Shown: positions 10,701-25,500 of the stretch, one piece after another
Layout: the number at the start of each line of letters is the position of its first letter
How positions within the stretch are numbered: position 1 is the first letter of the stretch
From: a virus
Lineage: Duplodnaviria > Heunggongvirae > Uroviricota > Caudoviricetes
Strand: one strand, 5' to 3'
IMG/VR virus record: IMGVR_UViG_3300028833_000063
Location: 64,001-128,000 of that record
DNA: 64,000 nucleotides
The notes under the pieces: model-generated
The model's database searches: none
What the model was told of the DNA's origin: nothing
What the model saw: only the letters and a program-made list of their open reading frames with translations
Translations under genes and position numbers: made by a program

Positions 10701-13700
10701 ATAACTACCAGTAGAAGCCTATAAAGTAATCCTACTACTAGATTTCATCAGAATTGTTGAAGATCCCATTTCTATCTTATAAGGAGTAATAAGTACTTTA
10801 CTTGAACTTGCATCTCCTTTTTTACTGCTAACTTCATCATAGGAAGCAGCAACTAAATTGATTCCTCCATAATCAGACCCGCTAACCGTTGTGGAACCAA
10901 TATTAATCTAAGTACCTCCAATATTTACAGCTTTATTTCCGACAATATTTACATTATCCTTCGCGGATATTTTAATATCGCCACCGCTTCCTATATCAAT
11001 TTCATTATGAGCTAAAATATTAACCGTGCCTTTTACTGCATCAACTTCTAAGCTCGCGCCTGTAATTGCGGCTAGGGTGCCATCATATGTTCTTGTGAAG
11101 CCATTTATAGTAGAACTCCCATTCGCATCTGAAGTTGCGACGTAACGTCCAACTTCTTTCCCGTGTTCATCTAACTCAATCCAAACATCACCAATTTTAT
11201 AACTATCAGGCTTAGTCTAACTATAAGTTACCTTTGGAGTTAATTCCGCTGCAATATTATATACAAATCCAGATAATATTTCTGAATTTTTTAAAGCAAG
11301 AGAGCCAACTCGATTGATAAGTTTACCGGAATCACTAAGAATCTCTCCTGCTTCTGTGAATAATTCTTTTAATTTATTTTTGACTACTTGACTACTATCA
11401 AAATGACTATCAAGATAGGCATCTAGTATGTTAGTATTATTATAAATAGCATTTTCAACTGTGCTAGAAGTCAAAGACAAATTACCATTAGCTAATGCCG
11501 CAAGTACTCCACCATTGCGCTGCATCGCGGCAGTCTGTGCAACAATATTAGAAAATAAATCTTCAAACTTTGTAGTATAATTCTATACTTCTACCGTATC
11601 TTCCCAAAACTTATCGAGTTTCATCGTTACAGCAGAAATATATCCGCTTACGTTTTCAAACTTTAAATCATTATCGTTAATATGAACAATCTAGTTTAGA
11701 CGATTATAAGCGGTACGTATAAATTCTGGATTAAGTACACTTAACTCTAAATTATAAGATACTTTGGGCCTTGCATTCTCATTCATAACTTTTATTGCAT
11801 CCAAGTAAATAGCAATATCTAAGTTGGATAGAGAATATGCAATAGTGATGTTGTTTGTATCAGTATCATTTTGAATATTGGTTGGCGCAAAAATTACTTC
11901 CGGTTTTAAAGTCACATAGTACCCAATTCCTTGCGGCGTCAGACCAGTAGAACGATCGTCTGATACAGTATAATAATCCTCGTATTCCTTTAATAATCTA
12001 TTATTTCTAATAATAGTAACGCTATCTTTCTTTAGCTTTAAGGTATTGAAATAAAATCTAGGATACTCGCGCACCCATGTGTAGCTTTGAGGAGTAGGAT
12101 GTCCGGATACTTTTCTAGTACCTATAAATGGGCTAGGAGTAGTGCCGCCGACGGTCTTTATTGTAGTCCAAGCATTGGGTATAATATTGCCCTGGCTATC
12201 ATATTGCGGAAATCCAATAAAAGATTTTGCTTCATCACCGGCAGTATTGGTAATTTTCTTTATTTTCTCGGTATCTACATCCACTATTGAAACTGTATAT
12301 TTATTTGTCTTTATAAAATTAAATGTATCATTATCTAATTCTTTTACGCCAGTAACTATTAACACAGGTTTTCTAGTGCTTCCAGATCTAACCCATCCTA
12401 ACTCACAGCCACTACCAATTCTATAACTAAAATACATACTATTCTATAATGCTGCAATCCATTCATCAGCGTTTTCCACGCTCTGATTGTTTTTAAGTTT
12501 CTCTTGAATTTCAGCAATAGTAGCTACATTAGAGGGATTACAGTAAACAAAACAAAGGTCATCTAAATGATTTGATACCGCCGCTAGGCGGTCACTAATA
12601 TCTATAACCAAATGCTAATTCATGCTACCTTCTGCATCGGCAGTATAAATCAGTGGCTCTTCACCCTCATAATATTTATTACCATCCCACATAAACTTTA
12701 AATATGCGGTTTGTCCCTATGTTATATTACTATTATTATATCCTATTGTTAGGGAGTCAGAAAATAAATCACCATAGTCATGATAATTCTCTGGATTCCA
12801 ATATCCTTCTCGCAGCGCTGGCCCCATCATGCGCTCAAACTTACTTATTAGAGCCTCTTTTCGCGCAATTAGTTCTTTTTCCTAATATAATAGGTTGGGA
12901 CACGCATCAGAAACTAAAGTAGGATTATTCTTATCACCCTCTAGATAATAAGTAAAATTCTCTACTTCTGCTGTTGCTTTATTTAATTCTGCCTAATCGT
13001 AGGCAAGGCGCTGTTCCCAAACTGCCTATACTTTATCATAAGCCAATGTTGGATTATAATATCCTCGAGCCCATAGCGTATCTCCTTCGTGCAACTACGG
13101 ATTATTATCTGTTGTAATATGCTCTACACGAATTACGTTATGATATTCATCTTCCGCGAAATTGTACTATGTAACAATATTGCTAAAACTCGCTTTGGCT
13201 CCTGTAAAGTTAGAAGTTCTATATAAACGCAGCGTCCCTCTTTCTAAACCTTCCCAACGAATATTTATATAAAAACCACGTTCAGTAGAAGATAAAACAG
13301 TACATGGCGTACCTTCAATAGGAATAACATTTGTCCCGCCAGTCAAAGCCGCGCGAAGTTTCCCGGCTTCTTGTTCTCTTTCCTAATCTAATCCAATCGC
13401 ATTTTCATATGTAGTTTTTCTAGCTTTTGCTTCGGTAAGCTGATTTTCTACAATGCGAATGCGTTCTTGAATTGCGGCTAAAGTAGTATTCAATGTATGC
13501 ATCTACTTTTCATATTCAGGAATTTCAGCATATTGCTCGTCAGAAATGGCCTAAATATCATGTAGATAGTCGAAGTTTAACAGATAATCTTCACCGCTTT
13601 TATTAGCATCCAAATCCATAATAGTAACAAGATTAGAATCGTAATCTACGGCGCTAACATACATTTTGGTAGTTACATTACTACTGTCAACCGTGCGCGT

Positions 13701-14633
13701 TACTGCGGAAGAAGAGTAAGGATAAGTTAAATCTATATGACCTTTTGCGTCATATAAATAATTGTTATAATAAATAACATGTCGGCCAGTAATCTAATAA
13801 TTGTCATTATAATCATATTCATAACGACAAAAAACACCAAATTGTTCCGCGATTGTCTGAGTTATGTTATAAATATTGCTTTCTTTCGTTTCAATAATAC
13901 GGCACTTTTCGCGCGTATTTTGAATCGCGCGAGGAAGCAATTTATCATTAGATTTAAGCTCCCATGCGGTTACGTATTCATCTTCATATAATACGCTACT
14001 TAACTTTTTTTGACTAGAAGCCTAAGTACTAAATGAAGACCAATCCATTTCTATACTGTAATCCCAGTTAGTCTTCCATTTTTTCTTTCCGTCTGTGCCT
14101 TTCTCCTTAAATACTATATCATTCCAAAACTGTATATTATTGAGCGGCTATTCTCCGCTCATACCTTTTTGTTCCCATTCTTCTAAAGCATCAATATAAT
14201 TTTGCTCAGATAGAGAAATTTTATATCCTATTTTCCCTAACTCATGGAAAGCTAAACCTTCAGCTTTTACAGTCAAGTCCACATTATCGGACGAATGGTC
14301 ATAGGTGACTTCTGTTACTAAAAATTCAAAGACCTTTTCATCATCTTTTACACCCTTATTAAAAATAACTTTCAATTTATGCATATTAGCCTCAAGCGGC
14401 TAATTCTGCAAATGCAACCACATCGGATTATCTACGCGGTTTGCGCCAAGCCAATAAAACTTAGGAATAGAAAAAGTAAATTCCTACGTTCCATCATCAC
14501 GCAATACTACTTCTGGCTCCTAAATTTGTCCTTTACAATCCATATCGGCCCACTTCAGGACAGATAAAAACCTGTCCTGAAGTGTCCAAATAGAAACCTC
14601 ATAGCTGCGCACAGTGTTCATATTCTCAGCCAT
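7779..14633 (-). CDS. Large tail-tip/host-specificity protein (~2,284 aa with TAG as sense): tail N-terminus, CBM5/12-like module, CxxxC repeat, C-terminal Hint domain
   Basis: ATG 14633 with AGGAGG RBS. Nine supplied fragments (7779, 8676, 9087, 9513, 9753, 10278, 11217, 11691, 14148) share one frame. Lies after the TMP and Dit genes. Not every codon was checked for TAA/TGA. Confidence 0.8.
7809..8252 (-). other. Hint (intein-like) domain, 148 aa, no endonuclease
   Basis: CFIKGT N-terminus, TKSHPV block B, VYNIDV...YVAESVVVHN C-terminus; the +1 residue is Ala. Confidence 0.9.
8283..8585 (-). repeat. Coding repeat: 26 Cys at exactly every fourth residue
   Basis: CGGACTGTCKSKCGAKCTSNCSGNCDGNCTAGCTIKCSNSCSANCETNCYNSCIGGCYGSCKDQCTT*CSI*CGSGCSVACTNNCSANCSITCHTVCADAC, where * is TAG. 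Confidence 0.9.
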
Positions 14634-14655
14634 GAAAAATTCCTCCTTTTACCTC

Positions 14656-16539
14656 TTATAAATACATATTTTTAAATTCAAAATGTAAATCCTGTAACCC
14701 ATTAGCAACGTCGTGCGTAATCAAATAAGCATAATCAGGATGTGAACTAGTCCAAGCTTGAACTTGGTAATTCTTATCTAATACATTTCTTTCATCTAAA
14801 ATTAAGTAGTTACTCCGCACCATATCTCCAACATTTTCTTCTTGTGTTGTAGTATAATTTTCACCTGATACAGAGTTTTTAACCTATGTTTTTAATGAGG
14901 TACTGCCGCTAGTAATACTAACTTTACTAATATCACGATATGTAAATTTCCCTATTGCCAAACCAGTTTTACCATCAAAGGTAAATTGGGCAGAGAACGG
15001 TTCATCATTATTATCGCATAATAGAGTAGACATGCCTTCTTTTAAATCCGTGCGCACACTTGTGCTTTGAATAGTGCTATTACCGCCTGTACTATCATAC
15101 TTATTAATGAGCATGTTTGCCCATGCGCGAACAACCGGATGCCTAATCGTATCACGAATAGCTTCACGTACATTCAGCCAAGCACCACCAACTGCCATAA
15201 TATCAGTATTACTAAATATTTCTAATACCTAATTATAACTTAGCCAGAAAGTTGGTAATGTAAACTTGAATGTACGAGTTCCAACAGACTTAAGAGTTAT
15301 TGTATTATATTTATTTCCACTTCCAGATGAATGATTATTCAAAGGAGTAATAATATAATAAGCACCACTCGTTCCCGCCGCGCGCATTTGAGGTATAAGT
15401 GAGAAGCGTAATTTTACAGGAGATGGAGCTGTCCCGGCATAGTATAAGTTTGCAGGAGTCTTATATGGTAAACTAATTCCCTCCACGGAAGTACCTGCGC
15501 CAGAAAGCTCTGCGCCGCCGATTTTCCCGCCAACCTAATTTCCATTGTTCTTATACGAAATTACCGCACCTCTATAATAACAGGTAACATTCTGAGTAGA
15601 AGTTGTTCCGGTAGACGCATTTGTAACAGCACGAGGCTCAACGGTAGTAAAATATGCAGAACGTAACTAAGGTGTAATCGCTTCTGAGCTTATTGCCTAA
15701 TTATACTATGCTTCTGTAATTTCTACAGGAATGCGTGACCATACTTCATAACTTACAGAAGCATAGACTCCACCGCCTAGGAATACATTAATACGAGTTG
15801 TACTTCCTAATGGGATATGATCTTCATATATAATTTTAAGAGCATCAGGAGATTCCCTAACACGAACAACTTTCCCATTAGCGTCTACCCAATTATCTTC
15901 ATAATATCCTTCTAGCGTATTCTATGTACCAAGTACATTTTTTATAGAATACCAGAAAGGTTCATCCATTACAAATTCAAGATCAATTTCACCACGGTAG
16001 ATGGTTGTATAAGTGGAATAAGTTGTTGTTGTCACGGTTTCCCCTGCGTTAGTATCACCAACTGCAAATGGCACTTCTACTTCCTGTTTAAAGGCAAGTA
16101 AATGTAGCCGCGGCGGGGCCGCTATTCGCGCCATAATCGCGCGATTAGGATGCTCTGCCATTATTAGTTCTCGTATTGAACCGGCCCTAAACCAGCGCTT
16201 GAAATCATCCAATTCTACTTGAGTCATAGCATCAGTTGCTAATGTTATACTCAAAGTATTCTAATGAAAATAAGTTCCCCAGTAAAATTGCCCCTAAATT
16301 GTATCATATACAGAAGTTAAGTCTTCAAATTCTGCATATCCTTCACGTTCCATACGGTCACCGCTTGTATATGCTAATACATTGAAATCTTCAATATTTT
16401 TCCCGCCATAGGAAAAACTAATAAAAGAACGTTGCATGAAGGGCAAGTAAGATTGCCCATCATGCGTTGCTTGATAAACCTGGGTACGAGGTGACGTCGA
16501 AGACGCCACCTCATTACCCACTAATTTTGCTATTGCCAT
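14656..16539 (-). CDS. Distal tail (Dit)-like protein, 627 aa with TAG as sense
   Basis: Fragments 16294, 15922, 15229 and 14884 share a frame; ends FKNMYL-TAA; lies between the TMP and tail-tip genes. Confidence 0.75.
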
Positions 16540-16546
16540 ACTCCTT

Positions 16547-19500
16547 TTACCTCCTTATACTATTTGTTGCGCCTGTTTTACGAGCAATTCTCATCATCTC
16601 GTTTAGAGCTTGTTCGCCTGCGCGACGAGCATCATAGTCATTAGCAATTTGTTTAACTTCCATATTGAGTTCAACCTTCTCGATAACAGTAGAGTTGTCT
16701 TCAATAGGAGCTATACCGTTAACGGAATTATTAATTCCATCGTAGCCCTCGTTGTAGGACTTAAGTAGAGAGATGAGAGAATTTGGACGGTTAGAGAGAA
16801 TATTGTCACGGAGAACTTTGGTTTGAGAAGCAGTAAAGACTGTTTCAGTACCACGTTCACCAAGTTCGTAGATACCATGATTTACGTAACCGCCAGAAGC
16901 TGCTTTAGTTCCTCCAGCTGGTTTTTTCAGCCAATCTAAAACGGTACTTGCCGCATTCGCCATCGCACTTATACCGGTATTTATTAGAGATGTTACAGGG
17001 CTATTAGATATCTCTTTTTTGGAATAATCTGATACTGGATTGGGTTTATTAGATATATCCATTGGGTTTGTGCTAATAGAATTAGAATTATTGGCATTAG
17101 TAGAATTTGAAGGTTTCGCGGTTGAGCCACCTGAACTATTAGTTGGAGCAACTTTTTCCTAATAATCACACTGAGTGCAATAAATAAAACCATTACTGCC
17201 ATTCACATTAAGAGAGTGTACCTATAAACTGCCATATTCTTTATGCCCATCTGCATATATTTTTACATGTTTATGTCCACTCTTACCTTGTGATTCATTG
17301 TATTCTCGTTTAACGGCTCCGTGCCCCGACTTATTAGTTTTACCGGAGTCACCTCCACCACCGCCAGAACCTCCGGATGCTGGTGCAGCCGTTGTTGGCG
17401 CTGCCGCTGGTGCAGCAGTCTATTCCGCAGCCTTCTTAGCAGCTTCCGCCGCAGCTTTATCGGCAGCATACTTAGCTCTCGCACTCGCGGAAACCTTTGT
17501 TAAATCTCCATGCTCTTGATACTCAGAATAGAATAAATCCTTATAGGTACCGTTCTTATCATAGTTATTACCGAATTCCTTCTTCATGGCTTCATCGAAT
17601 ATCCTATAATCATTATCTTTCATTTGTTCACGATTCATAGTGACCATTAAAGCGACATTTTCTTTAATATCTTTCGCGGTAACACCATTCTCACCGATAC
17701 CAGTTTTTGCGGCGGCTAAATCTTCTCTATAAGAAGTCCACTGCTCGGCAGCGAATAGTTGTTCATTAATAGCTTTCTTACTAGCTAATTCCGAACTAGC
17801 CCAAAATTCAGAATTTCCGTTTGTAATGAAAGAAACAATCTTCTCAGAGGATTCCTGCATTACTGCGTAGACGTTACCCCACAGCAATCCATATTCTTTC
17901 TAATATTCTAATGTTTCTGTCATTATCTCGATCTAAGAATCCATACGCTCGATTTCTAGGTCAGAAGCGGCCTAAATAGCATCAATCTGCTATTGCTATA
18001 AATTAAAGTATCTATCACGTTCAGAAGAGTCAATTTCGGAGCGGAGATTAGCGATATCTTGCGCACTACTTCCAGACCGCTGTAGAATTGCTAAACGGCG
18101 CTTCTACTAATTAAGTGAGTTATCCGTTTCTTGATTCTCATACATCTGACGCTCATTATTAAGCGCATCAGTTAAGCCATCAATATACTTCTAAGTAGAT
18201 TCCTCTAACTTATCACGCTCATCTTGCAATGTATCAATTTCACGCTAGCGCATATCTACGATAGCATCAAGTACGGCATCTTCGACCTCCATCTGATTGT
18301 CTCGAATTTCTTCGAATATATCATTTTGGTCAGCTTGAAGTTTTAGTAAATCATCTTCGCCCTCTTTAATGGAATCCCATAAGCTTTGAGTAGTTTCCTT
18401 ATATTCATCAATCCTATCCCAGAAAGCCTTTGTGGCATCACTATAGAAAGATTGACGTTCTTCATCGGTAACTTTCCCATCGTTATCTCCATCCATCTTA
18501 ATTTCGCCGCCATCGTTATACTTCATATAGTCGCCATAACCTGCAGCAATAAGTCTATTATACTTCTCTTCATCAGTATAATTGGCTTTTCCATAGGAAT
18601 CGAAACCAGCTAAATCAGTTAGCCATTCCATTGCTCCTTTCTAGAAGAACATTTGTCCTTCATTATTAAAACTAATGAGCTTTCCGAATGGACTCTTTTC
18701 TAGAGCTTCAACTCTCTAATCATAATATGCCTAGCGACTTAGATTAAGTCGCTCTTGCGCATCAATCTAATCACGTAATGCTTCAAGAGAACGTTTCTGA
18801 CTAGCATAATAATGATTACCATTTGCATTCCAGTCAGACTACAACTTAGAACGTAAGGTTTCTTCATGTGTAATTTCTTTCTCAAGCTAGGCAATCTTCT
18901 GCATTAGGTTATACCAGCGTTCAACTGTATCAATCCAAATAGAAGGATCAACGACTTTGGATTTGTCTCCTCCACCGCCGCCTCCACCGCCACCACCGGC
19001 GCCGGCGAGATCAGATATAGAAGCGCCCTTGAGAGATTCCCACATTGCGCGAAGTTGTTTTAAAGCAGCTAATGCCGCGGATGCAGATGCCATTGCAGGG
19101 CCAGTGTTACCAGTTGCGAATGCGACTGCATTCTTTTCAGAGGTAACGGCTTTGCCGCGGCCATTGGACATTCCTTTCTTTAGAAGTTGCTCGGTTTGTA
19201 AATGGTTGAAAACAATTGCATCATCTGCAAGATCAACCATTTCTGCACCATTTTGTCCTGCGACAAAATAGCGCCCGTTGGAGACTACAAGTTCGGGGCC
19301 GAGTTCACCCATAAGGGTTCCTTTAGCTTTAGCAAGTCCGATATTACCTGTTGCACCAAATCCGTCAATAGGGAAAGGTACTTTTCCACGGCTGCCATCA
19401 TCCGTACCCATGCCACCAGGATATTCTCTTCCGCCACTTTTGCCACTAGTTGTATAATTAGTATGAACATTTATGGTTATATTCTTAGAGACAACAGAAC

Positions 19501-22500
19501 CCAATAATGTTACTACTTGCCTTAAAGCACTAAGAGCCTAATCTACTTGAGCCTTAATAGTCGCTTCAGCGCCTTCATTAATTTTATCAAGCATAGCTTG
19601 AACAGAATCAAGATCCTTCTCTGCTGTATCTTTATCAACCTACAACTCAGATTTCTGCTTTACTTTCTATTGAAGTTCTTCAATTTTCTCATCTAATTCT
19701 TTTAGAGTATTTAAAGCAGCATTACTATTAAAATCTATTTTAGTACCATTTAATTCAGTAAGATCTTCAGCAAGTTCATCTACGCCTTGTCCTTCTGCAT
19801 CAAATGTTTTACCGGATTTTTTACTTTCTTGTTTTTTCTAAGGTTCCTAATCAGGAACTTCTGGTATCTATAATTGTTTAATTGAATCAACTATTGTTGC
19901 GATTTTTCTAGCTAAAGTATCCCAAAAAGAACTTGTTGCTAGATTCTGTAAAGCCGTTAAAGCTGAAGTAAAGGATTGCTCTATAGTTGTAAGTTTATTA
20001 GTATCTAATTTCTCAATAGCTTCAGGTAGTGAAGAGAAAGCTTTAGTAATTGCTTGAGTAATAGTATCAGTTAAAGATTCATCAATTCCCATTGCTTCTC
20101 GTATTTTAGATTTTACCAATTCAGCATCAAAATTACCATCAGTTGTAATATCATCGGCATCTAATGATAAACTATAGTCATTGCCAATATCAATTTCAAC
20201 TTTACCTTCACCATTTGGTTTTAATGCTTTAATAATTTCATCATTAGCTTTATTTAAAACTGAATTAGCTTCTCGTCTAAACTTGGGATCTTTAGAGGGA
20301 TCTTCAACAGTTTCGCCATCTTTTTTTACCTCTGCTTTCACTTTCATATGAATGCCAAAAGTCTAATAGATCCAAGATTCTTTTGTTGGGAATTTTATTG
20401 GCTTACCTTCTTTATCTTTAGCCATATTTTTAGTAACATGAGCATACATATCATCTAATAAGTCAGATTGAGTTCTTATATCCTTTTTCGGCGTATAATT
20501 CTCTAATCCTGGGATTGATTTATAATCATCGCCTAAATCCCAAGTAACTTTACCATCTTTACCGACAGTAGCTTTCATCGTTACATGCGTTTTAAGTTCT
20601 TGCCCATAAGTAATTTCAGCTGTAGTAGTTCCTGTTTTTTCATTATAATTCCCAATTTTAGCTTTAGAATCAATACCCTACTAATCTTTTAATATAGTTT
20701 TCTAAATCGTTTTATACCAATTATCACTACCTTCATAATACTTTTTCCCGTCAGGGCCTTCAACATAATCACCTTTCTTATCATGTTTAATCAAAGTATT
20801 ATGACGAAGTTTAATAATTTCAGTTACTGGTAATTCTGTAGTTGCTCCTTCGCCATTTAAGTATTTCTAAATTAATTCAGAAATTTCTTGACGAGCTTTA
20901 GTAGCATCTTTTTGTCCAGCTTTTGCCTAATACTACTTTAATACATCTTTAGCTTGATCGGTACTCCAATCAGCAACTTCAACCACAACTCCATTAGAGA
21001 TAGTATAAGTAATATCTCCAATATCAATAGTAAAGCCATCAACTAATTCTCCAAATTTTCCGCTATTAAGCATCTATTGAAGACTTCCACCAATATCATC
21101 AAGATTCCAATCGGTGCTAATTGCTGCCTAGTATAATGCGTCTAAAATCTAAGCATCCGCTTTCGACCACTGAGCCGCATCACGCTCTAACCAATCTCGC
21201 CACGTCATGCCATTAATATTAATACCATCTACTACTTCTTTTAACTTATCATTTGTCTCATATAATTCATCAAATTTATTTAACCATGTCTAATATTGTT
21301 CTGTAAGAGCATCTAACTTTCCATCTCCATCAGTGTCAACGGCTATATCTGGTAAATCAATTGTTATATCTTCACCGGCAATATCGCCAAGAGATTCCAT
21401 TGCAACAATTAATTCAAGCATAGCAATCATGCCATCTAATGCATGAATCTAAGCATCAGCGACTGCATCAATGCCCGCATCAATATTGTTTTCAAAATCT
21501 TTTCCGCCTTTAGCAAGATTAATACCAAGTGCACCAATATTAACCATCATTTCACCAGTATCAACAGCAGTTAATGTATTGATACCGTGCATGATTGCAT
21601 CGGAAGCAGATGTTAAAGAGCCATCTAGAGTAATAGCATCTCCTTCAATGGTTTTACCAATAGTCATAGGCTATTTCATAATTCCTGCCATGTTATTAAT
21701 TTCATTAATAACATTGTAAAAATCTTCATAACCCATATAACCAGTACGAGTACGCTTTACTCCGCCAGCTTTTAAGTCTCTAGTATTTTTAACTTTATAA
21801 GCATCTTTAATGGTCTTTAAAGCTTTTGTCCAATTTTTAGCATAATTTAATGGATTATTCTAACCAGCAGGAATTTTATTATCCATAAAATTGAAAGAAT
21901 CATCCTCAGTGGCGCTTCGAACGGCAACTATTTCTTTAGCAACTTCTAGCTCTGCTTTATATTGTTCTAATCTGGCTTCAGAAATTCTTTCATCCGCGGC
22001 TAATGTATTATCCCGCATCCCATTAATTGTTTTTGTTAAGTATGCAATACGATTTAATAATGCAGGAGTTGTAGCAAAATGCTCATTAGATTTCTTCAAA
22101 GATTCTGCTAATTTATCAAATACAATTTTCCCTTGCAAAGCATCAACTTTAGCCAATGCCTAATATAATTCAATTGCAGATTGCTAAGATAATTTTAATC
22201 CTTCAGTAGTCTATTCAAAATGAAGGTTATTAATACCTAAATTATCTGCCATTTTAATTAAGTTAGAAACATCTGTATTAGATAGCCCACCTCCAATGCC
22301 AGAAACAATAGCATCGGTATAAGATTTAAGTATGTTTAATACTGTATCTTTTACTTCTTCAAGTCCATTGCCAAGCTCTAAACCGGCTTCTTGTGCTGCG
22401 CTCTCTAATGTCTATGCTATACCTAATAAATTAGCATTGTCGCCAATCTTAAGGATACCATCTTCTAAAGAAGCTCCCCACATATTCAATTCTGCATTAA

Positions 22501-25500
22501 CAATATCTGTTAAACTATAAGCCTATTCTTCGGCAATATGAAGCTATTCAGCTCTCTTAATACCTGCTTCAAGAGCCTAATCTTTCGTAAAGCCTTCATA
22601 TTCTTGAATATCTAATAATAAACGCTTTTGCGCTGCATCTAAAGCTTTTATATATTTAGGAGCAGTTGAGCCAAACTATTTTGAAGCTTGTTCATAAAGC
22701 TGTGCCACATAAGATTCTACATCCTCAACAATTTCACCAGCTTCAGTCATCTAGGCAAACGTAGCTACAACATTTTTTGCTCCATTTTTAAAGTCTGAAG
22801 CACTAAAAGTTACACCATTTATAGTTCCCCAGCCGTCGCCTGGCCCAAAAGCTTTATCCATTAAAAGATCAGGAATAATTTTACGATTTCCAAGATTTCT
22901 AACATTTCCATTATATCCATCAAAATTAAATTCAACTGTATTAATAGCTTCCTCTAATTTTGTCCATAGCTAACTTAAATTAAGCCAATCTCCAGCTTTT
23001 GCGCTTTCAATTTGCTTAATTTCTTCAACTATAGCATCTTCTGCATTTTTATTTAACTCAATAAGTCCATCATTATATGCTTTAAATGCACTTGTATATT
23101 CCTACGTGTTTTTAACCTGATCTAAATTGTCTCCCCAAATACTTTCTGCAAATGCATTCCAATCAGTAATACGAATATTACCAAAACCATCACGCATAAC
23201 AGTATCAGAATACTTAGTCATATATTCTTCAAAGCTGATATTATACTTAGTTAAGAGATTACCAAAATCAGCATAAGACATGCCTGCGCCATTTTTTAAT
23301 GCTTCAGTAATATCAATATTACGCTAATCTTCCGCAGTAAGCATTTCTGCATAGACGTCATTTAAGCCAGCAACTGTTGCACCAGCAGCTGTACGCATTT
23401 TATCATAAATTGCATGATAAGCTTGAACCATATTAAAGGTATCATTTACAACGCCATTTGCATCTGCCATTCCTAATTCAGGGCTAGATAAAATTTTTCT
23501 TAGCTCGCCAGTGACTACTGAACCTTTGGAAACCTCTGACAATTGTTTAATAACATTACTATAATTATCAAATGGCGCGGAATAAATTTTAGCTAGCTCT
23601 TCTTCAGATATATTAGGATATAAGTCTTTGGCTTTCTCCATTGCGGCTTGGCCGCCAGCCTCAAAAGTAGAAATCCATGATTCAAGTGTATTTTCATCTG
23701 CTTCTTGTCCATATTTTTCTAGAGCGACTTTCGCTAAACTAGTCTTAAAGTCTGACCGATTCTTAGCAGTTCGCTCACCAAGCAAGTATTCACTTATTTT
23801 TAAACCTTCTTGAGCAGTATTTAGGAGAGAGTCAAGGAACCATTGGCCTAGTTTATCTGCAGTATCATTAGCATCAGAAATAGTATCTTCCGCTGCACTA
23901 CTTAATTCTTCTCCAATAGTAGATATATCCATCTCTGAATCAAGTAACTATATCTAGTTATCGGCATCCTTATAAAAATAATCATTAAATTTACTTAACT
24001 ACTCAGCATATTCTGCTAACTTTTGAATATCTTCTTCAGAACTTGCATTATCACGAATATCTTCTAATTTGCCTACTTCTTCACGGACACTATCTTTATA
24101 TTTCTTAACATATCCTTCACGAAGCGCGGCTATTTGTTCCATGGTGCCATAAAACTTTCCATCAATAAACTGTAAGTCTGTTAATTCTAAATTCTAGAAT
24201 TTTCCAGCTGCATCAAAATATTGTTTAGTATCGGATAGCCATGTTTGAGCAGCAGCAATATCCATACCAGATGAAGACGCGGAAAGGTTGTTCTCGGTAT
24301 TTTTCCAGGCAGAGGTAAATTCATCCTAAAGTGCCTAGAGACGTAAAGAAATACTATTAACATAAAGCTCAGATAAAGTGTCAAGACTATTTGCAATTTT
24401 TTCAGCATCATCTGAAGATAAAGTTTCTTCATCTTGCGCTGCACGTATTGTTGCCGCAGCTTTTTCTAAACCTTCCTAGGAAACCCCATTCGTAGCAATA
24501 GTTTTTTCTATAAAGGCCGCAGCGGCGCCATCTAAGCCAATTATAGTCTTAATTAGACTAACGGCTTCTTTAGCATATTGTGTTGCACGAGAACCTATTC
24601 CGGTACCATATATTGCTAATTTTTCATATTGATCTTGTAAATTATTGAAAAGATTTTCATCGCCGAGAGTGAATCGCGCTTGACCAAAGCTTAATGACTA
24701 CCTAATCGCAGATGCTATTGCAGAATCCTAGTTTAAAAAATGTTCGGCCAAACGATCATTAATATTAGTTTCATAATCGGTATAATATTTTTTAATAGCA
24801 TCTTGCACTTCAGAAGGCATTTTTGTTCCAAATTCTTTAATAATATCTTCAGCATTATAATATGTCTAATCATTAAACATTGTTTCAAATGCTTTTTGCC
24901 TATCTTCAGTCATAGAATTATACCACTGTTCAGCTAAGGTGCCAAGCCCCTCTTCGCTGAATATACCTGCATAACTCTATAAATAAGTCTTTAAATCAAT
25001 ATCTTTTCCCTGCTCAGTTTTTATAAACTCTTGATACTGTTTATATATTTTATCAGTTATAATGCCTAGCATCGTTCCAGAATTAGCTATAGCCAAATTT
25101 AAATTATCAGCCTACCCTTCTAAGAACGAATTAATCTATAATTTTTCAGCAGAAATCTAAAGTAAATTTTCTGAATTATATTCAGCTAATTTTTTATATC
25201 CATCGCCAAGACTATCTTCAAGTTGGTCTATCTGTTTATATAATCCATATTTCGCATCGCGCCATTTATTTAAAGTATCGGTTAATTTCTTTTGAGCATT
25301 AAAAATATCCTAATCATTATCTGAATCAAGTGCAGTTTTCATTTCAGAAATCGCATTATTGATTTCATCAACTGCTTGTAACTAGGTTTCTTCAGTCACT
25401 TCAGGATTTATTATTTGCTATAAAACATTTAACAATGTTGGGAGATCTTCAGTTAAAACTGTATCATCACTATTTTCTATAAAAGGTTGTTGATAAAGAT